Shown one piece after another: positions 9,582 to 18,757 of a DNA stretch of 37,323 nucleotides. The position numbers and the translations under genes are program-made. The notes under the pieces are model-generated. The model saw nothing but the letters and a program-made list of their open reading frames with translations. It searched no databases and was not told the origin of the DNA. The DNA is from Desulfobulbaceae bacterium UBA2213 (lineage in GTDB: Bacteria > Desulfobacterota > Desulfobulbia > Desulfobulbales > Desulfocapsaceae). The stretch spans positions 1-37,323 of the forward strand of contig DCUN01000086.1 of assembly GCA_002327225.1 (NCBI GenBank), given 5' to 3'. Numbering within the stretch: the stretch's first letter is position 1; each line of letters begins with the position of its first letter.

Positions 9582-9947
9582 TCATTTTTCCCCACATTCG
9601 GCTTTGGGTAGGATCTCAATAGAGACAATCATATTCTGCTGACCTTCTAATGTATAATGTACCCGCACAGGTTGAAACCTGGCTATCTCCTTGATTGATC
9701 CACCCTTTACAGATGCTTGCTCACTAATTTTCAGGGTAACACGTTCCCCCTTGGGTGGAGCGACAACCATAATACCCTCTTCAAGGGAAATCTTCTGCAC
9801 CTTCCCTTTTACAATCATGACCCCTTCTTGCATCATGGCCGACTCAGCTGCTTCATTCTGAGTAGAAGCACACCCGGAAACCAATAAAGAAAGAGGAAGA
9901 ACCGCCAAAAATAATATTTTAACCCACGGGGCATATAAAGAAAACAT
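9582..9947 (-). CDS. hypothetical lipoprotein
   Basis: From the ATG at 9947, with an AGGAGA Shine-Dalgarno upstream, the protein starts MFSLYAPWVKILFLAVLPLSLLVSGCAS. This is a signal peptide with a lipobox (LVSGC). I recognise no family for the mature part. Confidence 0.6.
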   Translation of the reverse strand: MFSLYAPWVKILFLAVLPLSLLVSGCASTQNEAAESAMMQEGVMIVKGKVQKISLEEGIMVVAPPKGERVTLKISEQASVKGGSIKEIARFQPVRVHYTLEGQQNMIVSIEILPKAECGEK

Positions 9948-10080
9948 GGCACTCTCCTGAAAAAAATATGTATCTCTATACTGGCATTCACTTCCAGTAC
10001 ACTCAACAGCATCTACCATTTAAATATGGAACCAGACCGTTCATGACCTGCACAAGGTCTTGGTTCTTTCATAACGAGCC

Positions 10081-10335
10081 CTAGAGATCCAACACCCACT
10101 CGGGAATATGATGAAGGACATAATTCTGAACAGCAGCCTGCTGCTGTTCCTTGTCCCCAGGTCCAATTTCCTGCAATACTTCCTCAAAGTCAAACCAGCA
10201 AAGCTCACGTTCGTCGTGATCATAGACCGTCAGGATACGCCGATCCTGGTCATGCACATTTTCTTCCTCTTGAATGGCGGCTACAAGCCTGGCCGCTTCC
10301 TGAAAAGGAAGAAATTTCATTTCACTCTCAGCCAT
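10081..10335 (-). CDS. hypothetical small acidic protein (84 aa)
   Basis: An open frame with a GAGG Shine-Dalgarno about 8 nt before the ATG at 10335. I recognise no motifs. Confidence 0.4.
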   Translation of the reverse strand: MAESEMKFLPFQEAARLVAAIQEEENVHDQDRRILTVYDHDERELCWFDFEEVLQEIGPGDKEQQQAAVQNYVLHHIPEWVLDL

Positions 10336-10351
10336 CACCTTTACCTCAAAC

Positions 10352-10385
10352 GTAAAAAGGCGAGATGGACTACTCCACTCGCCTT
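10352..10385 (-). terminator. rho-independent-type terminator after rpmB
   Basis: Minus strand reads AAGGCGAG-(13 nt)-CTCGCCTT followed by TTTAC. It lies about 20 nt downstream of the rpmB stop. Confidence 0.45.
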
Positions 10386-10406
10386 CAACAAATTATAAAG
10401 ACGACC

Positions 10407-10604
10407 TCAAGCAGCAGGCTTAACAACAGAACCAGATCGGATACATCGCGTACAGACCCGGGCTCTCACAGCGCTGCCACTTGCAGCAACCATATGCACC
10501 TTTTTCAAGTTTGGCAGCCAGCGCCGACGAGTTTTATTATTGGCATGGGAAACATTATTCCCGGTAACAGGCCCTTTTCCACAAATCTGACATACTTTTG
10601 CCAT
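10407..10604 (-). CDS. rpmB: 50S ribosomal protein L28
   Basis: [33 protein letters not shown] is the canonical L28 N-terminus. The ATG at 10604 is preceded by GGAGAG. Confidence 0.95.
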   Translation of the reverse strand: MAKVCQICGKGPVTGNNVSHANNKTRRRWLPNLKKVHMVAASGSAVRARVCTRCIRSGSVVKPAA

Positions 10605-11073
10605 CACTCTCTCCTTCTCTTGCTTGTCAAGCCCTTTTCCATTCCAGGAAAAAATAACAATCAGGCATATTAAATATCAATAACGTGTTCAACGAATAAC
10701 CACGACTTAAAAACCTTTATTTATACTCATTGTCTATCCAAATAGCAAGATTTTTTCTTTAAGATTACCGTCAGAAAAAGAAGAGAATGCGCCTTCACCC
10801 TAAATCATGGCAAATCAAGACCTGTGTTACAAGGTCGAACACACAATTATAAAGAGCATATCTTTACACCACCCGATTACAGATGATACAGATGCGAGAT
10901 GCATTGTTTTTAAAAAATTGAATTAAATAAAATTTCTTAGTATCCTATTTTATTTAATTCGTGTAATTTACAAAATAATTTTATAATATCTAGATAAACA
11001 TTTTTTTATTGTCATCACCCCCTAGAAATGATAATCAGGACAATAGTTAATAATATTTCTCAAACAGGATCCT

Positions 11074-12396
11074 ATGAAAAATAACAATTCAATCTGGGAC
11101 TTTTTCGCATCAGTTAAACTCGCCCTTTCCACCCTTTTCCTTCTCTCCATAACCTCGATCATCGGGACAATTATCCCCCAGAAAGAGACGGCTCAGCAGT
11201 ATATAGAGAGATACGGAGAGGCTACCGCCAACCTGTTTCAAATCCTCTCTTTCACTCCAGACATGTACAGCTCGGTGTGGTTTCAATCTCTTCTTGGCCT
11301 GCTCTGTTTTAATATCATTATCTGCAGCCTGGACAGATTTCCTGGAGTCTGGCGCCAGATCAAGGCGGACAATCTCAACACCCCTCTTAATCGCCTGGAA
11401 AAAATGACGCCGCAGCACCAGTGGCAGTCGCACAATCCTCCAGAGTCTGTTGCCAGCTCCCTGAAGAGCTCCCTCAACACCAGTGGCTGGAAGGCTGAAG
11501 AACGCACAGTGGACAATGGCATCCTGCTTTTTGCTCAGAAAGGCGCCATGACACGCACCGGCGTGTACATTGTGCATGCCTCAATCCTGGTGATCTTTAT
11601 CGGGGCAATCATCGGCTCCGCCCTTGGCTTCAAGGGCAGTGTCATGCTGCCTGAGACAAGAGCCACCGACAAGATCTACACCTTTGACACACAAACCCCG
11701 GTTGCCCTGGGCTTTGAAGTCCGTTGTGACCGCTTTAACATTGAATTTTATGACAACGGGATGCCCAAGTCCTACCGCTCACAACTCACCGTCCTGGAAA
11801 ATGGAAAAGTGGTCAAAGAGAAAGCCATTGTGGTCAATGACCCGCTTGTCCATAAGGGAATCACTTTTTATCAATCAAGCTATCAACCATATCAAGAGTT
11901 CATGTTAACTATCACCAATAAAAAAACTGGTGTTAGCGAAACAGCGATTGTCTCATATCAAGAACAGCACAGCTTTAAAGAAAGTGGTCTTCGCTCTGGC
12001 ATTATCAACGCGGAAGGACGTGGGGAGAATATCAGCAGAATGAAGATATGGTTTACCGATGACAAAGGCGAGCCCTCCCTTTTCTGGCTTGATGATGGTG
12101 AGCAGGTTACAGTGGAGCGAACAACAAACAACTATACCGTGTCGGCAAAACAGATGTATGCCACCGGCCTGCAGGTTGCTAAAGACCCTGGCGTATGGAC
12201 GGTTTACACCGGTTGCTTCATGATGATTTTGGGCCTCATCGTTGCCTTTTTCATGTCGCATCAGCGTATCTGGCTTTATATCCGTGAGGAAGAAGACAAC
12301 ACAAGCTCTATCTTGATGGCAGGAAATGCCAATAAGAACAAGGCTGGCTTCGAGAGCACCTTGCAGGCACTAGCAGAGAGAATCAATAAGGTTTAA
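11074..12396 (+). CDS. resB: cytochrome c biogenesis protein ResB/Ccs1 (System II)
   Basis: 440 aa. It has the N-terminal FFASVKLALSTLFLLSITSIIGTIIPQ motif of the ResB family, a large soluble loop, and a C-terminal TM segment. ccsA follows it. Confidence 0.9.
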   Translation: MKNNNSIWDFFASVKLALSTLFLLSITSIIGTIIPQKETAQQYIERYGEATANLFQILSFTPDMYSSVWFQSLLGLLCFNIIICSLDRFPGVWRQIKADNLNTPLNRLEKMTPQHQWQSHNPPESVASSLKSSLNTSGWKAEERTVDNGILLFAQKGAMTRTGVYIVHASILVIFIGAIIGSALGFKGSVMLPETRATDKIYTFDTQTPVALGFEVRCDRFNIEFYDNGMPKSYRSQLTVLENGKVVKEKAIVVNDPLVHKGITFYQSSYQPYQEFMLTITNKKTGVSETAIVSYQEQHSFKESGLRSGIINAEGRGENISRMKIWFTDDKGEPSLFWLDDGEQVTVERTTNNYTVSAKQMYATGLQVAKDPGVWTVYTGCFMMILGLIVAFFMSHQRIWLYIREEEDNTSSILMAGNANKNKAGFESTLQALAERINKV

Positions 12397-12470
12397 CAGT
12401 TCTGTGTTAAGTTTTAACCTTTCATTTTTCCTGACAAATACTTAAAACTTCATGCAACGGGGTTAATTCC

Positions 12471-13325
12471 ATGGAAAGTTCGCAACTTATCGGTATCACA
12501 ACATTTACCTACCTTTTTTCCACCATTCTCTATGCCGCTATTTTCATCTTCAAGGCAAAGCGACTGGAAACCACCGCAACGATCTTTACCGTCATCGCTC
12601 TTCTGATTCAAACGGCTGGCATCGGGCTTAGATGGATGGAATCCTACCAGATGGGAATCGGCCGCGCCCCCCTTACTAATATGTACGAATCCGTGGTCTT
12701 TTTTGCCTGGACCATTATTTTTATTTATCTGATTATTGAATGGAGATTCAAGACCAGGGTCATTGGGGCATTCGCCGTCCCCTTCGCCTTCCTGGCCATG
12801 GCCTACGCCTCTTTTTCTTCAGAGATCACCAAGGAAATCTCTCCCCTGATTCCCGCCCTGCAATCAAACTGGCTGATCGCCCACGTTGTCACCTGCTTTA
12901 TCGGCTATGCAGCCTTTGCCATAGCGGCAGCACTGGGGATCATGTACCTGATCAAGAATACCAGTGAAACGCGCCAGTCAACCAATGACACCACCCTGCT
13001 GGGTTCCCTGCCACCCTTAAAGGTTATTGATGACATCACCCATAAGACCATGGTCTTCGGCTTCCTCTGGCTGTCTATAGGGATTATCACCGGCGCCATC
13101 TGGGCCAACTCTGCCTGGGGAACTTACTGGAGTTGGGACCCCAAAGAAACCTGGTCACTGATCACCTGGTTCTTCTATGCCATCACCCTGCATGCCCGTT
13201 ACACCAGAGGCTGGGGAGGCACACGCATTGCATGGCTGGCACTCATCGGCTTCATATCAGTACTGTTCACCTACTATGGCGTCAATTTCCTGCTTTCAGG
13301 TCTGCACAGTTATGGCGCAAACTAA
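12471..13325 (+). CDS. ccsA: cytochrome c biogenesis protein CcsA/ResC (System II heme lyase subunit)
   Basis: A polytopic membrane protein with the tryptophan-rich WWD-type heme-handling motif WGTYWSWDPKETWSLITW. Confidence 0.9.
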   Translation: MESSQLIGITTFTYLFSTILYAAIFIFKAKRLETTATIFTVIALLIQTAGIGLRWMESYQMGIGRAPLTNMYESVVFFAWTIIFIYLIIEWRFKTRVIGAFAVPFAFLAMAYASFSSEITKEISPLIPALQSNWLIAHVVTCFIGYAAFAIAAALGIMYLIKNTSETRQSTNDTTLLGSLPPLKVIDDITHKTMVFGFLWLSIGIITGAIWANSAWGTYWSWDPKETWSLITWFFYAITLHARYTRGWGGTRIAWLALIGFISVLFTYYGVNFLLSGLHSYGAN

Positions 13326-13454
13326 CGGCACAAGAGTGTAAGCCTTTTGCAAGAGCCTTGTGTGAAAAATATCTGATCTCCATAAGCCTTTAAATATGGC
13401 GTAACGACCGCTTACTCCATACATGTGTGTTTATCAAATCAGAATGCTGATTTC

Positions 13455-13483
13455 TTGACAAAAAAAGAGGTAGCGGGTATATA
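13455..13483 (+). promoter_or_regulatory. candidate sigma70 promoter for cytochrome c3 gene
   Basis: TTGACA (13455-13460), a 17-nt spacer, then TATATA (13478-13483). It lies about 80 nt upstream of the ATG. This is a pattern match only. Confidence 0.4.
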
Positions 13484-13561
13484 TTATAAATTATAAAAAT
13501 TTATGTGAGTGAATAGTCATTCACCTACGCTGTTCAATTATTAAAATAAAAGGGGAGTATT

Positions 13562-13954
13562 ATGAAAAAAACCGTAATGTACGCCGCTGCCTTTGCTCTG
13601 ACACTGGGCCTGGGATTTACCGCTAACGCCATGGCCGACAAAGGCCCTGCTGATATAACCCTGCAGGCCACTATTGATGCCGCTGCCAAAGCCAAACCAG
13701 CCATCTTCCCACACGCCAAGCATCAGGCAACACTTACCTGTGGCGAATGCCATCACGGAAAAGACGCTGCCGGCAAGCAGGTTGCCTATACAGAGGGCAT
13801 GAAGATCGAAAAGTGTGAATCCTGCCATAACAAGGCTGCCGGCATGGCGAATGCCAAAGTCACAACCTTCAAGGATGCCGCCCATGTTAACTGCAAAGGA
13901 TGCCATACTGAAAAGAAGGCTGGTCCTACCAAATGTGGTGAGTGCCACAAATAA
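13562..13954 (+). CDS. periplasmic tetraheme cytochrome c3 family protein
   Basis: It has a signal peptide and four CxxCH sites (CGECHH, CESCHN, CKGCHT, CGECHK). The IFPHAKHQ...CGECHH block is homologous to the Desulfovibrio c3 start. An AGGGGAG Shine-Dalgarno is present. Confidence 0.85.
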   Translation: MKKTVMYAAAFALTLGLGFTANAMADKGPADITLQATIDAAAKAKPAIFPHAKHQATLTCGECHHGKDAAGKQVAYTEGMKIEKCESCHNKAAGMANAKVTTFKDAAHVNCKGCHTEKKAGPTKCGECHK

Positions 13955-13992
13955 GAAGAATCACTTCTTATCAGCATTCTCGCTTCATGCAT

Positions 13993-14028
13993 AAAAAAAG
14001 GCCGTCTTGAAAAAGACGGCCTTTTTTT
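13993..14028. terminator. bidirectional rho-independent terminator (cytochrome c3 / glyS)
   Basis: The sequence is an A7 run, GGCCGTCTT, GAAA, AAGACGGCC, then a T7 run. This is a GC-rich 9-bp stem with a tetraloop, flanked by A and T runs, so it can terminate transcription on both strands. Confidence 0.8.
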
Positions 14029-14080
14029 ATGCTATGCTCTTCACATGGAGGACACAGGCTCAGCGCCCGGAAGATGTTTC

Positions 14081-16156
14081 TTACGAGACCGTCATCTTTG
14101 AGATATCACCGATCTGGAGGAAAAGCTGGGAAATGGCCGTCAGCAGATTCAAACGGTTAGTTCGGATCTGCTCATCATCAACCATAACCATTACCGACTC
14201 GAAAAACAGATCCACCGGCTCCTTCAGGGCCAGCATGCCAGCAAGTGCCTGGCCGTACTCTTTGCTGGCCAACAGGGGTTGCACCATCGTTGCAATATTG
14301 CTATAAACGTCCGCAAGTTTTCGTTCAGCCTCTTCCACCAGAAACGCCGAAACAACCTCGCCTCCCTGATGGTCTTTAATGATATTACGAATCCGCTTGA
14401 ATGCTGCCGCAAGAACAGCAAAGGACTCATCATTACGCATAGCAGCAAGGGCGTCAACCTTCTTCTTGCAATCATTGACATCATCAAAGCCAAGGGAGCA
14501 CACTGCCTCCACCGCCTCCTGATCAATCCCGCTGGCCACCGCATCATTGACAAAACGTCCCTGGATAAAGGCCATAACCGCATCAACGGTCACAGCGCTG
14601 CCATCAACCTTATTGCCATACAAGGCCAGGGCTTTATAGACCATTTCCCGAAGCGACAGGCTATAGCCACGGTCACCAACAATATGCAGCAGAGCAAGGG
14701 CTAGTCGGCGCAGGCCAAAAGGATCGGTAGTACCGGTTGGTTGCTGGCCGATACCGAAGCAGCCGACCAGTGTGTCAAGCCGATCAGCCAGACCAATCAG
14801 GGCGCCAAGGGTAGAAGCAGGCAGCGCTGAACCGGCCCTCTTAGGCAGGTAGTGCTCACGGATGGCCAGGGCAACCTCTGCATTCTCTCCATCACCCAGG
14901 GCATAGGCCGCTCCCATATCGCCCTGCAAGGTAGGGAATTCCCCAACCATATTGGTCAGAAGGTCAATCTTGCACAGCCTTGCTGCCCGTCGCGCGGCAT
15001 CAATATATTGCGGCGCCAGTTTCTCCGCCAAGAGAGCTGCCAGTTTAATCAGGCGCTCACTCTTTTCCAGCATGGTTCCCAGTCTTGCCTGAAAGATAAT
15101 CCCGACGAGATCGGAAAAACGATCATCAAGCCGTCTCTGCCGGTCAGCGCCAAAGAAAAACAAGGCGTCTTCAAGCCGAGCCCGCAACACACGTTCGTGT
15201 CCCGTTCTCGTCAAGGCGATATCGGTGACCCGTGTATTATTTACCGCCACAAAAAAGGGGAGCAGCTTCCCATGCGTATCAAGTACTGGAAAATATTTCT
15301 GATGCTCACGCATGGAGGTGATAAGCACCTCATCGGGCAATTCCAGAAAACGCTCATCAAAGGCCCCGCAGACCCCGAAAGGACACTCCACAAGATTGGT
15401 GACCGTATCAACCAGGGCCTCATCAAGAGCCAGGTGAGCGCCTGAAAGACCGGGAGTCTCAGCCACTGCCCGCTCAATCTCTTCCAGTACCCTTTGACGA
15501 CGACGGACAGGATCCACCAGGACATGGGCGGCCTCAAGTTGCTGTTCGTAGCTTGCAGCACTTTGAGTCTGGATAAGAGCCGGGGCCATGAAACGATGGC
15601 CACGACTGCTCTGTGAAGAGATAATCCCATCAAGAGAGAGGTTGATACCCTCCGCACCATAGAGGGCGACCAACCATTGAACAGGACGGGCAAAGGTGTT
15701 GCTGTTAGATCCCCACTTCATTGATTTAGCAAATGAGAATTCAGCAAGAAGCCCACGAAGAAGATCGGGCAGGAGCTCTGAGGTCTGTACGCCTGCCACC
15801 TCTCTGACCAGCAGCAGATATTCACCCTTTGTTGTCTTCACAATCCGGAGATCGGAGGCTTGAGCGCCCTTGGAGCGGGCAAAACCCTGGGCCGCTTTGC
15901 TGAATGCGCCATCAGCATCAAGACCGGCCTTTGTGGAAGGACCCATGAGTTCTTCAAGGCGATCAGGTTGCCGCTCTACAAGGTCATGAACTATTAACGC
16001 CAGGCGTCGGGCAGTCCCTGCCACTTTTACCTGCCCGAAAGTAAGCTGCAGCTCTTCAGCCTTCCTGATAAAATTCTGCTGAAATTGTTCAAGGGCAGGA
16101 AGGATAAAACCAGCGGGAAGTTCTTCAGTACCTATTTCAAAGAGAAGATCGGCCAT
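14081..16156 (-). CDS. glyS: glycine--tRNA ligase beta subunit
   Basis: 691 aa. MADLLFEIGTEELPAGF is the canonical GlyS N-terminus, and the length fits. Confidence 0.95.
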   Translation of the reverse strand: MADLLFEIGTEELPAGFILPALEQFQQNFIRKAEELQLTFGQVKVAGTARRLALIVHDLVERQPDRLEELMGPSTKAGLDADGAFSKAAQGFARSKGAQASDLRIVKTTKGEYLLLVREVAGVQTSELLPDLLRGLLAEFSFAKSMKWGSNSNTFARPVQWLVALYGAEGINLSLDGIISSQSSRGHRFMAPALIQTQSAASYEQQLEAAHVLVDPVRRRQRVLEEIERAVAETPGLSGAHLALDEALVDTVTNLVECPFGVCGAFDERFLELPDEVLITSMREHQKYFPVLDTHGKLLPFFVAVNNTRVTDIALTRTGHERVLRARLEDALFFFGADRQRRLDDRFSDLVGIIFQARLGTMLEKSERLIKLAALLAEKLAPQYIDAARRAARLCKIDLLTNMVGEFPTLQGDMGAAYALGDGENAEVALAIREHYLPKRAGSALPASTLGALIGLADRLDTLVGCFGIGQQPTGTTDPFGLRRLALALLHIVGDRGYSLSLREMVYKALALYGNKVDGSAVTVDAVMAFIQGRFVNDAVASGIDQEAVEAVCSLGFDDVNDCKKKVDALAAMRNDESFAVLAAAFKRIRNIIKDHQGGEVVSAFLVEEAERKLADVYSNIATMVQPLLASKEYGQALAGMLALKEPVDLFFESVMVMVDDEQIRTNRLNLLTAISQLFLQIGDISKMTVS

Positions 16157-16177
16157 AATAGAATGTAGAAGATATAA

Positions 16178-16918
16178 TTAAGAAGAATAAGAAGTCGTGG
16201 CAGAGGTAGAATAACCTTCAAAAAGATTCTCTACCGTTACCGAAAACCATTTTAGAGCAGATAAATCGGCAAGACGAACGCCAATGTGCCGGGTAAGTGA
16301 TTCCACAGATAAGGATCCCTGCAAATCCTGGCAGCTCTGCTCCTGCTCCTGACCAATAACCTGTTCAATGGCCTGTTCAACCAGGGTGATAATATCTTCA
16401 ATCCAGACGAAATGGCGGAACCTGACCGCCACAACCGCATGGCCCCAATGGCCAAGAGATCTTGGCAATCCAGCAACCGTCATTTCTTTCAATGGTAATG
16501 AGACAGGGACGGTAAACTGAAACTCAAGATCATCACTTTTCTCAAGAGAGCCATGCATCCGACATTCATACCGGCAGGCATTCAAGGCCTCAGGGTTCTG
16601 TTTTCCAGGCAGAAAATAGGTAAATGCCATCTCCACGTGGGCAGCCTCTGCCTCCAGCCGCTCTTTCATCTCCTCAAGGATATGATGAAAACTCCCCAGG
16701 TCAATCTGGCCATGAAAGCGATTGAGGATCTCGACAAAACGGCTCATATGCGTCCCCTTGAACCGATGGGGAAGATTCACATACATGTTGACGGTGGCCA
16801 CCGTATGCTGACGCTTTCTCGCCTTATCCAGCACTGTTATGGGATACGAGATGGTCTTGACTCCGACCTTTTTGATATTGATGCGTCTGTGGTCCAGCTC
16901 GCTCTGGATATCTTTCAT
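16178..16918 (-). CDS. FolE2/MptA-family (GTP cyclohydrolase IB-like) protein, apparently divergent
   Basis: The N-terminal half matches the family: IKKVGVK...YPITV, then VNLPHRFKGTHMSRF. The expected Cys-containing and C-terminal His motifs are not visible (see findings). Confidence 0.7.
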   Translation of the reverse strand: MKDIQSELDHRRINIKKVGVKTISYPITVLDKARKRQHTVATVNMYVNLPHRFKGTHMSRFVEILNRFHGQIDLGSFHHILEEMKERLEAEAAHVEMAFTYFLPGKQNPEALNACRYECRMHGSLEKSDDLEFQFTVPVSLPLKEMTVAGLPRSLGHWGHAVVAVRFRHFVWIEDIITLVEQAIEQVIGQEQEQSCQDLQGSLSVESLTRHIGVRLADLSALKWFSVTVENLFEGYSTSATTSYSS

Positions 16919-17016
16919 AATCAGGTAAGCCGTCGTTCAAAAATAAGTAATCCGTTCCTCTCTCATGAACAACTCAAGGGGCCACAAAGAGATGGAGGCA
17001 GAGAATGTTCAGCCTT

Positions 17017-17367
17017 TTATCCCAGATGTTTACGAACCGCCTCTTTCAAATTCTGCAGGTCTGGAGATTTAACAATAAACTCATCCGACGCCCAGGCACT
17101 GAGATCCTGTGTATATTCATGATAAGCGGTACTGAGAATAATCGGCAGCTGAGGGGCAAGCATCTTCATCTGTCTCAAAACCTCAATCCCATTCATCCCC
17201 GGCATCTGAATATCAAGAATAACCAGGTCCGGGGGATCAGACCTGAATTTCTCCAGGGCCTCTTCTCCGGTGAAGGCCGAAATCACCTCGTACCCCTCAT
17301 CCTGAAACTCTTCCTGATACAGAAGCTGAATACCCTCTTCATCATCAACCAGTAAGATTTTTTTCAT
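17017..17367 (-). CDS. stand-alone response regulator receiver (CheY-like) protein
   Basis: 116 aa. MKKILLVDDEE, then LVILDIQMPGMNG with the phospho-acceptor Asp context. There is no output domain. Its ATG overlaps the upstream gene's TGA (ATGA). Confidence 0.85.
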   Translation of the reverse strand: MKKILLVDDEEGIQLLYQEEFQDEGYEVISAFTGEEALEKFRSDPPDLVILDIQMPGMNGIEVLRQMKMLAPQLPIILSTAYHEYTQDLSAWASDEFIVKSPDLQNLKEAVRKHLG

Positions 17368-18389
17368 GGCCTTGCCTCCTGTGGTCCTTTTTCAAGTGAT
17401 TCACGCAGATACAGTGCAGCCTCCTCAGGTGGCATGGGATTAATATAAAACCCGGAGCCCCACTCAAAACCGGCAATGGATGTTAATTTGGGAACGATCT
17501 CAAAATGCCAATGAAAATGTTTCATGTTTTCAGTATGCAAGGGCTGGGTATGCAAGACAAAATTGTAAGGAACACCCGGAATACAGGCATCAAGCCGACG
17601 CAGGGTCTCAGAAAAAATATCCGCCAGGGCCGCGAGTTGCTCATCATTCTGAGTATGATACCCGGATTCATGTTTCAAGGGAAGAATCCACATCTCGAAA
17701 GGAGTACGGGGGGCAAAAGGAGTCATGGTGATAAAAGAATCATTCTGGCACACCACCCGAACCTGCTGCTGGATCTCCTGCCGGATAATATCACAATAGA
17801 TACAACGTTCTTTATAATTATAATATTCTAATGTCCCTTGCAGTTCCGAAACAATCATGCGCGGCAGAATAGGCAGGGCAACAAGCTGTGAATGCGAATG
17901 CTCCAGCGAGGCCCCGGCTGGACGTCCATAATTCTTAAAGACCAGAACATAACGAAAACGAGGGTCACGCTCCAGATCCAGAATCCTGGCCCGGAAGGCC
18001 TGAAAGACCAGTACCATACGAGCAAGATCCATCTTCGAGAATACATCCTCATGGCGCGGGCTCTCGATTACCACCTCATGCGCACCGATACCATTCATCT
18101 TGTCGTAAAGGCCTTCTCCCTGACGGTCAAGTTCTCCTTCGATGACAAGGGCTGGATATTTATTGGGAACCACCCGCACCAGCCAGCCGGGGGAATTAGC
18201 AGGCGCCCCATACGGTCGACCGTAGGCGAGTACCTCAGGGGGAGTCGTGTTCTCATTGCCCGGACAAAGAGGACAAAAGCCACCTGTGGTAGGCGCCTCA
18301 GCGACGACAAAATCAGTGGGACGCTTGGCACGTTCCTGGGCAATAATAATCCAACGGCCCAGTACAGGATCTTTTCGTAACTCAGGCAT
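17364..18389 (-). CDS. GalT-branch HIT-superfamily nucleotidyltransferase (galactose-1-phosphate uridylyltransferase-like)
   Basis: 341 aa. It has the zinc motif CPLCPGNE and the active-site HSHSQ (HxHxQ). The N-terminal LRKDPVLGRWIIIA is typical of class I GalT-like enzymes. Confidence 0.8.
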   Translation of the reverse strand: MPELRKDPVLGRWIIIAQERAKRPTDFVVAEAPTTGGFCPLCPGNENTTPPEVLAYGRPYGAPANSPGWLVRVVPNKYPALVIEGELDRQGEGLYDKMNGIGAHEVVIESPRHEDVFSKMDLARMVLVFQAFRARILDLERDPRFRYVLVFKNYGRPAGASLEHSHSQLVALPILPRMIVSELQGTLEYYNYKERCIYCDIIRQEIQQQVRVVCQNDSFITMTPFAPRTPFEMWILPLKHESGYHTQNDEQLAALADIFSETLRRLDACIPGVPYNFVLHTQPLHTENMKHFHWHFEIVPKLTSIAGFEWGSGFYINPMPPEEAALYLRESLEKGPQEARP

Positions 18390-18391
18390 GG

Positions 18392-18757
18392 TTATTCTAT
18401 TCCATGCCCTTTCTCATTCTTTTCCTGAAGAGTTTTGCAGTCAATACACAAAGAAGTCACTGGCCTGGCCTCAAGACGCTTCAGACCAATTGCTTCCCCA
18501 CACCCTTCACATTCTCCGAAGCTGCCGTCTTTGATCCGCTCAAGAGCCGACTCAATCTTTGGCAGCAATTTTCGTTCACGATCACGGATACGAAGCTCAA
18601 AACTCCGATCGGCCTCGGCGCTTGCCCGATCATTAGGGTCTGGGATATTCCCGCTCTGACCGGTCAGCTCAGTCAAGGTACGTTCAGCCTCGTTCAGGAT
18701 GTCCTGACGCTTATCCTCCAGCAGCTTCTTGAACCTGTCCAGCTCATTCTGATCCAT
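18392..18757 (-). CDS. dksA: DksA/TraR family C4 zinc-finger transcription factor
   Basis: A coiled-coil N-terminal region, then CEGCGEAIGLKRLEARPVTSLCIDC (CxxC-N17-CxxC). I prefer the ATG at about 18757, which has GGGAGA upstream; the track start at 18781 is TTG. Confidence 0.85.
   Translation of the reverse strand: MDQNELDRFKKLLEDKRQDILNEAERTLTELTGQSGNIPDPNDRASAEADRSFELRIRDRERKLLPKIESALERIKDGSFGECEGCGEAIGLKRLEARPVTSLCIDCKTLQEKNEKGHGIE

Noticed and set aside
10808-10927. A 39-codon ORF inside the AT-rich rpmB/resB intergenic region.
   Set aside because: It has no Shine-Dalgarno and a low-complexity AT-rich sequence, and it ends inside the 14-bp inverted repeat. It is more likely non-coding.
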